From an uncultured bacterium (GTDB lineage: Bacteria > Babelota > Babeliae > Babelales > Babelaceae), in assembly GCA_963722385.1 (NCBI GenBank), contig CAVRKK010000002.1, positions 864,001 to 928,000 of the forward strand: 64,000 nucleotides of DNA. Direction: 5' to 3'. The notes under the pieces are model-generated. The model was not told where the DNA came from and made no database searches. It saw only the letters and a program-made list of their open reading frames with translations. The position numbers were made by a program, and so were the translations under genes. Below, one piece after another: positions 16,106-24,867 of the stretch. Position 1 is the first letter of the stretch; each line of letters opens with the position of its first letter.

Positions 16106-18574
16106 CTATTGGCAAGATTCGCAATCACTATTGGCGAGATTACAAGAGCTTGTCGGTGCTTGATATTCTCGCTTTTGCGTAAAACCAAAGGTTTTTGCAT
16201 CGAGCGTTGATTTTTCCACTTGGGTAGCAGCAAGCGTACGTAGGTAATACATTGTTTTAAGCCCGCATCGCCAGGCGGTCATGTAAATGCTTTCTATTTT
16301 TTTGCCTGAAGCTCCTTTGAGAAATACGTTGTGTGATTGCGATTGGTCAATCCATTTACTGCGTGCTGCGGTCAGTCGAATGAGCCATTCAGGATCGAGC
16401 TCAAAAGCGGTTTTGTATTTTTCCTTAAGAAATGCCGGGATACGTTGAATATTTTGGAGATCACCATCATGGTACTTAATTTGATCAAGCAGGTTCTGAT
16501 CCCAAAGGCCTAATTTTTTTAAGTCATTGATCAAGAAGGTATTAACCACGGTAAATTCACCGCTCACATTGGCTTTAACGTAGATGTTTTTGAAAATAGG
16601 CTCGATGCTTGGGTAGCAGCCAGCTATCGTCGAAATAGTTGCGGTAGGGGCAATAGCCATTACGTTAGAATTACGCATCCCATACTGTGCAACCATCTTC
16701 TTAAGCGCTGACCAATCAAGCGTTGCTGTTCGTGAAACGTCAAGAGGGACCCCGCGCTCAGCCTCCAAGAGCTCAAGTGTATCAAAAGGGAAAATGCCGC
16801 GGTCCCATTTTGAGCCTTTATAGGAAGCGTACGTTCCTCGTTCTTTTGCCAGTGAAGCCGATGTTTGAATAGCATAATATGATATATGCTCCATAACCTC
16901 ATCGGCGCATTGCAAAGCTTCTGCAGAAGAAAACGGAATATCAAGCTCAAAGAGGGCATCTTGGAATCCCATGAGCCCCAAACCAAGTGGGCGGTTTTTC
17001 AAATTCGAAGCGTGGGCTTCTTTGGTTGGATAAAAATTTAAGTCGATTATGTTGTCGAGCATGTGAATTGCCGTCGCGACCGTCTCTTGCATAAGCGCGT
17101 AATCAAAAGTCCCCTGCTTAATATGCGCTTTAAGGTTAACGGAGCCGAGGTTGCAAACCGCTGTCTCTTGTGGTGACGTATTGAGCACAATTTCTGTACA
17201 GAGATTTGAGCAATGTACGACACCAACGTGATCTTGGGGTGACCTAATGTTGCATGGGTCTTTAAAGGTGATCCATGGATGGCCCGTTTCAAAGAGCCGC
17301 GTTAACATCTTTCGCCATAACTGTTGGGCAGGAACTGTTCTGGAGAGAGTAATATGCTCGGTGCTGACGAGCTGTTCATAGTGCTCGTAGGCAGTCTCAA
17401 AGGCTTTGCCATAAATATGGTGTAGGTCGGGTGTTTCGTGAGGTGAAAAGAGCGTCCAGTTACCGTTTGACATGACGCGCTTCATAAATAGATCAGGAAT
17501 CCAAACAGCCGTGTTCATGTCATGAGTACGTCGCCGTTCGTCGCCCGTATTACGCCTCAGATCCAGAAATTCCTCGATATCCAAATGCCAGGTTTCAAGG
17601 TAAGCGCATGACCCGCCGCGCCGAATGCCGGTACGCGTTATAGCAACAACAACATCATTAGCGATCTTAAGATAGGGTATGACTCCTTGGCTGCTTGCTT
17701 TAATACTTTTGATGAGAGCGCCTGATCCACGGATATTGGTCCAGTCAGTTCCCAGGCCGCCTGCCCATTTTGCAAGTTGGGCATTGTCACCAAGGCACTT
17801 AAAAATGTCGCTCAAGTCGTCTCCCACCGTGTTTAAATAACAAGAGCTCAACTGAGCATGCGTAAAACCAGAATGAAAGAGCGTGGGCGTTGAGGGAACA
17901 TAGCGTAGCGTCGAGATAATCGTATAAAAGTCGATAGCGCGAGCATTTTTATCGGACTCATTCAGAGAAAGGCCCATCGCTATACGCATCCAAAATGCTT
18001 GCGGTGTTTCGTGATGGATGCTTTTATTTTTCAAAAAATAGCGCTCATAGAGCGTATGCATGCCCATATAGTCAATAAGGTCATCACGCTCTAAGCATAA
18101 TTGTGTGGCCAAATAGGGTAGGTCGAACTCAGCAAGGCGCTTATCTAAGTTATCATGAGCGATGCCTCGCGCGATACCATCAATAAAGGCCTGACGATAG
18201 GCAGCTTCGCTCTGCTGCTCATTATCATATGATGTACCTATCACTTCGCGTAGGCACTTGGTGCGTAACAAGCGTGATGCCAGCTTGCTATAAGCAGGGT
18301 CACGTTCGATAAAAGTTGTCGCTGCCAGAATTAAGCCTTTTTCAATCTCAGCTGTTGTAATGCCATCAAAGATCGTGCGATAAAGCTCGCTCACCATCAA
18401 GGAGATATCAATTGCGGAGTCCAGCCCCTTGCATGCATTCTTAAGCACATTTACCACAACCAATTCATCGAATGCTTCACGCTGTCCATCTCGTTTAGTT
18501 ACCAGGTAACTCACTGCTGGCTGCCCCATTACACCATCAGCATAACTGATACCCGATATGCTGCTTTTATTCAT
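16106..18574 (-). CDS. nrdA: Ribonucleotide-diphosphate reductase alpha subunit with ATP cone
   Basis: VTKRDG ATP cone, PSTPTLFHSG, LSSCYL, SNLCTEI, CNLGSVNL, APTATIS, C-terminal CESCQ; start at GGAGG-N7-ATG 18574. Confidence 0.96.
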   Translation of the reverse strand: MNKSSISGISYADGVMGQPAVSYLVTKRDGQREAFDELVVVNVLKNACKGLDSAIDISLMVSELYRTIFDGITTAEIEKGLILAATTFIERDPAYSKLASRLLRTKCLREVIGTSYDNEQQSEAAYRQAFIDGIARGIAHDNLDKRLAEFDLPYLATQLCLERDDLIDYMGMHTLYERYFLKNKSIHHETPQAFWMRIAMGLSLNESDKNARAIDFYTIISTLRYVPSTPTLFHSGFTHAQLSSCYLNTVGDDLSDIFKCLGDNAQLAKWAGGLGTDWTNIRGSGALIKSIKASSQGVIPYLKIANDVVVAITRTGIRRGGSCAYLETWHLDIEEFLDLRRNTGDERRRTHDMNTAVWIPDLFMKRVMSNGNWTLFSPHETPDLHHIYGKAFETAYEHYEQLVSTEHITLSRTVPAQQLWRKMLTRLFETGHPWITFKDPCNIRSPQDHVGVVHCSNLCTEIVLNTSPQETAVCNLGSVNLKAHIKQGTFDYALMQETVATAIHMLDNIIDLNFYPTKEAHASNLKNRPLGLGLMGFQDALFELDIPFSSAEALQCADEVMEHISYYAIQTSASLAKERGTYASYKGSKWDRGIFPFDTLELLEAERGVPLDVSRTATLDWSALKKMVAQYGMRNSNVMAIAPTATISTIAGCYPSIEPIFKNIYVKANVSGEFTVVNTFLINDLKKLGLWDQNLLDQIKYHDGDLQNIQRIPAFLKEKYKTAFELDPEWLIRLTAARSKWIDQSQSHNVFLKGASGKKIESIYMTAWRCGLKTMYYLRTLAATQVEKSTLDAKTFGFTQKREYQAPTSSCNLANSDCESCQ

Positions 18575-18931
18575 GTTTTTCCTCCATAATTTTTTTGACA
18601 AAAAAGGGGGCTTGCGCGATTTTTTGCGCGCCCATTTATTTTCTAAATGAAATAACAGCATTCCGCCTTGTTGAATTAAATGTACCAGCTAAAGCCTAAA
18701 TGTTCAACAAAATTAAGAAACCAATTTTGCAAAAAATATTCTTAATTTTTTAGGCTCTTTGAATGCTGTATAATGCGTTTTGAAACTATTTTTTCTGATC
18801 GGCGACAGTGTGACATGCTCTTGTTTTTATTACCTCATAGAGCGGATACTATCCTAAAGCTTGCATGAGCTTTAAGGCTCGTGTTAATCTCCCATAATGA
18901 CAAGTAAACCTACCACCAAAAGGGGTGATCC

Positions 18932-19960
18932 ATGAAATCGCTACGCATGCTTTATCGTGCGCTTCCGCTTACGCTGCTCTTAAGTTCTTCCGTGCGCCTA
19001 CTCTCTCAGAGTGCTCTTGATATAAAACAGAAGCTACCTGCTGATGAAGGTGTTCAACATCGCAAAATACCCGAAGAAAAAGTGGAGGTTGAGAAGCATT
19101 TTCTCGAAGCAAAGCCTGCTAAAGAAACGCCAAAAATGCCGGAGCTAAAGCCGCCTGCTGCTCCAAAAGAGCCAACCAAAATGGCAGGCGAGCAAAAACC
19201 TGCGGGCGTTGTTACTGAACTTAAAACGAAAGAAGATCTCAAACAGGCCCATACCGGCGAGCCAAAAGCAACAGCGTTAAAAATTGGCGCTGATTGGTGT
19301 GGCGCATGCACGATGTCTAAGGAGCCATTTAAAAAAGCTGTTCAGGCACAGGGCGGCGCGCTTAAAGGGTATGACATTAATGCCGATAATCCTAATTTCA
19401 AAGATGTTATAGATGTTTTAAATGTACAAGGCTTGCCGACGACGGTGTATACTAAAGTAGAACATGTTACGCCACCTGCAGGAGGAAAAGCCGAAGGCAA
19501 ACCAATCGAGCCGGCGCGGCGTATTACTACGAAAAAAGGGCTTAAGGAAGCTATTAGCAAAGAAGCGGCCAAGCCGCCGCAAGGAAGCTATCACGTCATT
19601 TTTGTTGTAGGAACTGCTGACTGTGCGACGTGTCCAGAGGCAGAGAAAGTCGCCAATCGTGGCTTCGGACCACGAGTTGGGGTATATGCTATTGACCTTG
19701 ATAAAGCGGAACCGTTTGTTCAAAACTTCCTCAATTTATTTGGCGTTTCTTCAGCAAATGTGCCAGCGAAAGTGCATATTAGGTCTGAAATCGGTTCGCG
19801 TAGTGCGGGGGAATTCAGCGAAACGATGGGCGAGTTTACCGGCAAGCCTGCTGCCATGGCGCCGGAGCACGAAGAGAGGGCAATGGGCCGACGTTCACGA
19901 AGCAATGAACGCCAAGAAGAAAGAGCGCCTCGAAGAGAACGGCGGTTTCTCTGGGGTTAA
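18932..19960 (+). CDS. Exported protein with two thioredoxin-like domains
   Basis: Signal peptide; ADWCGAC...VQGLPT and ADCATC...NVPA motifs; Pro/Lys-rich linker. Confidence 0.8.
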   Translation: MKSLRMLYRALPLTLLLSSSVRLLSQSALDIKQKLPADEGVQHRKIPEEKVEVEKHFLEAKPAKETPKMPELKPPAAPKEPTKMAGEQKPAGVVTELKTKEDLKQAHTGEPKATALKIGADWCGACTMSKEPFKKAVQAQGGALKGYDINADNPNFKDVIDVLNVQGLPTTVYTKVEHVTPPAGGKAEGKPIEPARRITTKKGLKEAISKEAAKPPQGSYHVIFVVGTADCATCPEAEKVANRGFGPRVGVYAIDLDKAEPFVQNFLNLFGVSSANVPAKVHIRSEIGSRSAGEFSETMGEFTGKPAAMAPEHEERAMGRRSRSNERQEERAPRRERRFLWG

Positions 19961-19972
19961 GAAGAATAAGGG

Positions 19973-20018
19973 ATGCAATAAAAAAGACCCGGCACATGCC
20001 GGGTCTTTTTTATTGCAT
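19973..20018. terminator. Bidirectional Rho-independent terminator
   Basis: Perfect 22-bp inverted repeat ATGCAATAAAAAAGACCCGGCA-ca-TGCCGGGTCTTTTTTATTGCAT between convergent genes. Confidence 0.9.
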
Positions 20019-20025
20019 GAGATGT

Positions 20026-21999
20026 TTAGAGCGAAGCTAATAATAAAGCGACCATCGACATGAGCTTAATCAATATATTGAGCGCAGGTCCTGAGGTATC
20101 TTTAAAAGGATCCCCAACCGTATCGCCAACAATTGCTGCTTTATGAGTATCTGAACCCTTGCCGCCAAAATGACCAGCTTCTATATACTTTTTCGCATTA
20201 TCCCAAGCGCCGCCGCCAGTTGCCATCATAAGCGCTAAGAGCACGCCAACAACCGTAGCACCGACTAACAGGCCGCCCAAAGCAAGCGGTCCAAGCAGAT
20301 ACCGAACGGTAACAGGTACAGCAACCGTAAGAAGACCAGGCAAGAGCATCTCGCGCAGCGAAGCCTTCGTGCTTATGGCTATACAGCGTGCGTAGTCAGG
20401 CAACGTTGTGCCCTCCATGATACCGGGGATCTCTTTAAACTGGCGGCGCACTTCCATGACCATGAGTAACGCGGCCTTGCCCACCGACCTCATGGTAAGT
20501 GCTGATATCCAGAATGGCATTGTACCGCCAATAAAAATACCAACAAGAACAATGGGGTTTAGTAAATTGAGCGTATCGATACCAGCCTTTAAACCATAAG
20601 CGGCAAATATACCAAGGGCAGCAAGCAATGCTGATCCGATGGCAAAACCTTTGCCGAGCGCTGCCGTTGTATTGCCCAAAGCATCGAGCTTGTCAGTAAT
20701 CTCGCGAACATTTTTTCCAAGACCTGCCATCTCCGCTATACCACCTGCGTTATCGGCAATGGGGCCATACCCATCAACGGTCATTAGAATGCCGACGGTT
20801 CCCAACATCGCAACCGCAGCAAGCGAAACGCCAAAGAGTTGCCCGCCATAGATATACGAAATGAGCACACCAAGAGCTAAGAGGATGACAGGAAGCACCG
20901 TTGATTCCATGCCAACCGACAAGCCGTAGATAATATTGGTTGCCGCCCCCGAGCGAGCGCTTTCAGCAACACGTATCATGGGTGTACTGCTGGTATAGTA
21001 TTCGGTAATAAAGCCAACAATAATGCCCGCGATACAGCCAACAATAATCGATATAAAGAGGCTAATATCGATGCCGGCATAGAAAAAGTAACCGTAGCTT
21101 AAGGCAAGTAATACGCCGAGCGCGCTTACGGTAGCGATGCGCAGCGACATTGCTGAGCTTGCCTTTGAGACGACGCCAAGTATGAGACCAATAAATGAAC
21201 CTATAAGCCCAAAGAGTGATATCATTAAAGGCAGTGTCATATAGGCTAAGCTACCCGGGCGATAAGCGAGGGCGAGAATGATAGTTGAGACCATGGCCCC
21301 AACATATGACTCATAAATATCTGCGCCCATGCCGGCGGTATCACCGACACAATCGCCAACATTATCAGCGATAACGGCAGGATTGCGAGGGTCATCTTCG
21401 GGAATACCTGCTTCTATTTTACCAACGAGATCGGCACCGACGTCGGCTGACTTTGTATAGATGCCGCCACCAACACGAGCAAAAAAGGCTACCAGGGAAG
21501 CGCCAAGAGCAAAGCTTGTAATAAGCAATTCGAAATCAGGCCGGCTGCTTGATATCATGACCAACAACGTAAGGCCGAGCAGGCCAATGCTGGCCACGGC
21601 AAATCCCATAGCACCGCCACCCAAGAGTGCCGTATAAAAAGCATGACGCTCGCCATGCTTTTGCGCTTCAAGGGTTGTGCGCACATTAGCATCCGTTGCA
21701 GCACACATACCAATATAGCCGGTTGTAAGCGACAAAATAGAGCCTATGGCAAAACAAGCGGCAGCCCATATATTAGCAAAAATTGAGAGCAGAATAACGC
21801 CTGCTATTACGACGAGCCCAATAACGCGATACTCTTCACGTAAAAAAGTCATGGCGCCTAAGCGTATAGCCTGCGCTATTGCTTCAGCTTTTTTGTTATC
21901 GACAGGTAACGATCTTACCCGCTTTATAAAGTACCATACCAACACCAATCCTATGACTGACGAAAGTATAATAGCAGTGTATATAGGGGTGATGAGCAT
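20026..21999 (-). CDS. hppA: Membrane-bound cation-translocating pyrophosphatase, K+-dependent type
   Basis: GGGIYTKSADVGADLVGKIEAGIPEDDPRNPAVIADNVGD, GNTTAA, GGAWDNAKK, GDTVGDPFKD. Confidence 0.96.
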   Translation of the reverse strand: MLITPIYTAIILSSVIGLVLVWYFIKRVRSLPVDNKKAEAIAQAIRLGAMTFLREEYRVIGLVVIAGVILLSIFANIWAAACFAIGSILSLTTGYIGMCAATDANVRTTLEAQKHGERHAFYTALLGGGAMGFAVASIGLLGLTLLVMISSSRPDFELLITSFALGASLVAFFARVGGGIYTKSADVGADLVGKIEAGIPEDDPRNPAVIADNVGDCVGDTAGMGADIYESYVGAMVSTIILALAYRPGSLAYMTLPLMISLFGLIGSFIGLILGVVSKASSAMSLRIATVSALGVLLALSYGYFFYAGIDISLFISIIVGCIAGIIVGFITEYYTSSTPMIRVAESARSGAATNIIYGLSVGMESTVLPVILLALGVLISYIYGGQLFGVSLAAVAMLGTVGILMTVDGYGPIADNAGGIAEMAGLGKNVREITDKLDALGNTTAALGKGFAIGSALLAALGIFAAYGLKAGIDTLNLLNPIVLVGIFIGGTMPFWISALTMRSVGKAALLMVMEVRRQFKEIPGIMEGTTLPDYARCIAISTKASLREMLLPGLLTVAVPVTVRYLLGPLALGGLLVGATVVGVLLALMMATGGGAWDNAKKYIEAGHFGGKGSDTHKAAIVGDTVGDPFKDTSGPALNILIKLMSMVALLLASL

Positions 22000-22198
22000 G
22001 CAGCCTCCACGTTAAAAAACAATAGCATTCTGAAAACTCTTTTAGGGTACAGTGATTCAGCATCTTTGTAAAGAACGTTAAGTGGAGGCAGCGATCACCG
22101 GAATGACCTTTAGAAATACTTTACTAAAAATATTGAATTTTATATTAACAATAGTATAAAATTGTAATAGTTATTCTTAATTAAAAAGGAGCTTTGTT

Positions 22199-22441
22199 AT
22201 GGTAAAATTCTCTGTCTTGGGACCCTTAGCGGGATTACTCGTCGTGCTGGGTAGTCAGGGATTTATGCTCACCAACAAAGTGCCAAAAGCCTTCGAGCTC
22301 ACCATGCACTATAGCTACCCTAAGGATAACCCAAACTATCTGAATGCGCCGGGTGTTAAAATCGCTGCGCTGTTTCCAGGTTCGACAGCAGAAATAGACG
22401 TTAACTACCTTGATGAGGCGGTGCTTGAAGAAGCGCGCTAG
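22199..22441 (+). CDS. Small exported hypothetical protein (possibly truncated)
   Basis: AAGGAG RBS; signal-peptide-like N-terminus; 80 aa. Confidence 0.5.
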   Translation: MVKFSVLGPLAGLLVVLGSQGFMLTNKVPKAFELTMHYSYPKDNPNYLNAPGVKIAALFPGSTAEIDVNYLDEAVLEEAR

Positions 22442-22616
22442 AGTTGTTTTGAGCAATTAAGTAAAATAATCTTTATCACTGTTGTAGGCCATAAGCAGCA
22501 TATCAAACTCCCTTCGAAAAGCATTGACTAAGCCATGCAAGATGCTACAGTAAGAATGCTTTTTTCTTGTGCGAAGTTTAAATGCTCTCTGGAGTAGTCA
22601 TGGGGGGATAAGAGGT

Positions 22617-22913
22617 ATGAATAACACAAATCCTGAATATAAGAGAGCAATAATAAGAGCAATTGAGTACCACTTTCCTACAGCAAAAGTGATACTTTTT
22701 GGCTTACGAGCTCGTGGCACGAATCGCCCTGGTGCCGATGTTGATATTGCTATAGATAATGGCGCTGCCGTAAAATTAAGAGAAATAAATAGAGCTCGAA
22801 CAACATTGGACAACCTGCCTATACCATTAGAAGTAGATTTTGTTGATCTAAATGCTAGCCCCGCTGAGCTTAAAAAAATAATTCTAAGTGAGGGGATAGT
22901 ATGGAAAGATTAA
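22617..22913 (+). CDS. Minimal nucleotidyltransferase (MNT) antitoxin with degenerate motif
   Basis: VILFGLRARG...ADVDIAID...EVDFVDL; GAGG RBS; TTGACT-17-TACAGT promoter at 22525..22553. Confidence 0.8.
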   Translation: MNNTNPEYKRAIIRAIEYHFPTAKVILFGLRARGTNRPGADVDIAIDNGAAVKLREINRARTTLDNLPIPLEVDFVDLNASPAELKKIILSEGIVWKD

Positions 22914-22972
22914 AGATTCCAGAAGCTCAAGAAATAGGCGATCCTGCATTAGCTGCTGAAGAGAAGTTTTAG
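22901..22972 (+). pseudogene. Possible truncated start of HEPN/HI0074-type partner gene
   Basis: Overlapping start MERLK with GAGGGG RBS, typical of MNT-HEPN pairs, but the ORF stops after 23 codons. Confidence 0.4.
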
Positions 22973-23048
22973 TTCGCCTGGGTTCTTGACATATTTTGTT
23001 TTCTGAGCTAAGTCAAGTGTCGGATTTATATACAAAGGACCCTTAATT

Positions 23049-24089
23049 ATGAAACTAAAAAATCTCCATAAACTCACCCTGTTAGCGCTTATAAGTGGCT
23101 CGCTATTTTGTTCGCAAACGTCGACAAAATCACTGCTTGATAACGTAGCAAAGCCCTCCGCCAAGCCCGATCTGGCATTATCAGTTCTAAAAACCAATGG
23201 GTTTGTTCTAAAAAATGACTTTTTGAGGGAAATTAAAAATTTATTTAAGGCAACGACGTTTATTGAAACGGGAACGTATATTGGCCAAACGACGCTGGCA
23301 GCGAGCGCTGTCTTTGATGAGGTCTATACGGTTGAGTTATCAACGGCGCTCTATGACAGTTGTTCCCAGCTTTTTGAAGAGCATAAAAATATCCACCTCT
23401 ATCCAGGAACTTCACCAGAATTCTTGCAAACGATTCTCCCGCAGGTGAATGGGCAAGTAATTTTTTGGTTAGATGCTCACGATAGCTTAGGCATAACAGC
23501 TCGTGGTGACAAAGAGACACCTATTGTTGAAGAATTACGCGCTATCCAGGAATCACCGGTGAAAGATGGTATCATTTTGATTGATGACGTACGCCAATTT
23601 TATAAGACAGGATCTGACTATCCAACCTTTAGCGCTCTTTGCCAGCTGATAATTGATATTAATCCGAATTATAAATTGGCGGTGCTGGGCGACGTCTTGA
23701 TAGCGTTTCCTGAATCATGTAATATTACGGTATCACCGCTGGTGTGGGCGCTTACCTTGAGCCGACTCTATGATGAAAATAGCAATTTGGCTATCAATAT
23801 TGTGGCCGTTGATCGTATTATAGCGCATGCTCAGGGGCACGAGCTTGCAGGCCTTGAATGGATTGTGGCCTTGCCCGAAGAAGGACTTGGGCATGGTTCA
23901 TATCGCTGGTGGTACGGATTGTCTCGATTATATAAGGGAGATACCGCTCAAGGAATTGCTGCCTTACAAACTGCCTGGCTTGCGGAATCCAAAAAGCAAC
24001 GATTAGCGCTGTTAGTAGCTGATTGCCTCAAAGGGCTTAATAATGTTATTGGAACATCTTGTCTTCAACGAGAGGCCCTCTTAATTTAG
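23049..24089 (+). CDS. Signal-peptide-bearing SAM-dependent methyltransferase-like protein with helical C-terminus
   Basis: FIETGTYIGQT, VYTVELS, IFWLDAH, IILIDDVR motifs. Confidence 0.7.
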   Translation: MKLKNLHKLTLLALISGSLFCSQTSTKSLLDNVAKPSAKPDLALSVLKTNGFVLKNDFLREIKNLFKATTFIETGTYIGQTTLAASAVFDEVYTVELSTALYDSCSQLFEEHKNIHLYPGTSPEFLQTILPQVNGQVIFWLDAHDSLGITARGDKETPIVEELRAIQESPVKDGIILIDDVRQFYKTGSDYPTFSALCQLIIDINPNYKLAVLGDVLIAFPESCNITVSPLVWALTLSRLYDENSNLAINIVAVDRIIAHAQGHELAGLEWIVALPEEGLGHGSYRWWYGLSRLYKGDTAQGIAALQTAWLAESKKQRLALLVADCLKGLNNVIGTSCLQREALLI

Positions 24090-24118
24090 TAATTATAAAA
24101 AATAACAGGGAATTCAGC

Positions 24119-24772
24119 ATGAAAAGTACGATAAGGTTGCTTGTGTTTATAGGCTGCCTCTTTGCCAATGATGTCCTGGGCATGGAAAAGCAAAATTTGC
24201 GTACTATACGTGAATGTAAAACCTGTCTCGAGGATGCAAATCAAAAATACAATGCAAAGAAATTAAACAAAATGATTGCTATGCTTAAGACGCATATGCA
24301 AGAAAAGCTTTCTCCAAAAACGCTGAATAAGCTGCTTATTTTTCTTGCTCAGCAAATAAACACGTTAAGAACAGATGACGCAGTCGAAGATGCAGCGGAG
24401 CCGGTTGGCGATCCGTTCGATGATGATAAGAGCGATACGTCCTCGGATGATGATGGCGCCGCTTGGGGTGATTCTACGGGTGAGGGGAAAGCTTTTGTAT
24501 GTCTTTTTTTGATTACTTGCCTTGTCGTCTACTGGGTAGTTCAAGCAATTATGAGCAGCATGCATAACAATAGCGAGAAATCATTGGCTTTGCGTAGGCA
24601 AGAATACATTCCTCAGGCGGTAGATCATATGAGTGATTTGATGGGTGACATTATGGATAATATTCGCAACCAAGACTATCAGGTAGATGCTAACGCTCGA
24701 TCGGTCTTGAGATCGCTCGCTGAAACTAATCAAGTTATACGGTCTTTTGTTGGCGTGCAGAGCTTTATGTGA
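24119..24772 (+). CDS. Exported/membrane hypothetical protein
   Basis: Signal peptide followed by G-M-E-K; Asp-rich patch; one internal TM helix. Confidence 0.65.
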   Translation: MKSTIRLLVFIGCLFANDVLGMEKQNLRTIRECKTCLEDANQKYNAKKLNKMIAMLKTHMQEKLSPKTLNKLLIFLAQQINTLRTDDAVEDAAEPVGDPFDDDKSDTSSDDDGAAWGDSTGEGKAFVCLFLITCLVVYWVVQAIMSSMHNNSEKSLALRRQEYIPQAVDHMSDLMGDIMDNIRNQDYQVDANARSVLRSLAETNQVIRSFVGVQSFM

Positions 24773-24867
24773 TGTTGGCTCCAGCTAAAGGGGTACTTTC
24801 TGACGCGTGTAATTTTACGCGGTTATGCTATAGTTAAGCTATAAAGATGTAATAGCAAAGGACCAGC

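Noticed and set aside
18575..18930. NrdR boxes upstream of nrdA
   Set aside because: No convincing match to the palindromic consensus by eye
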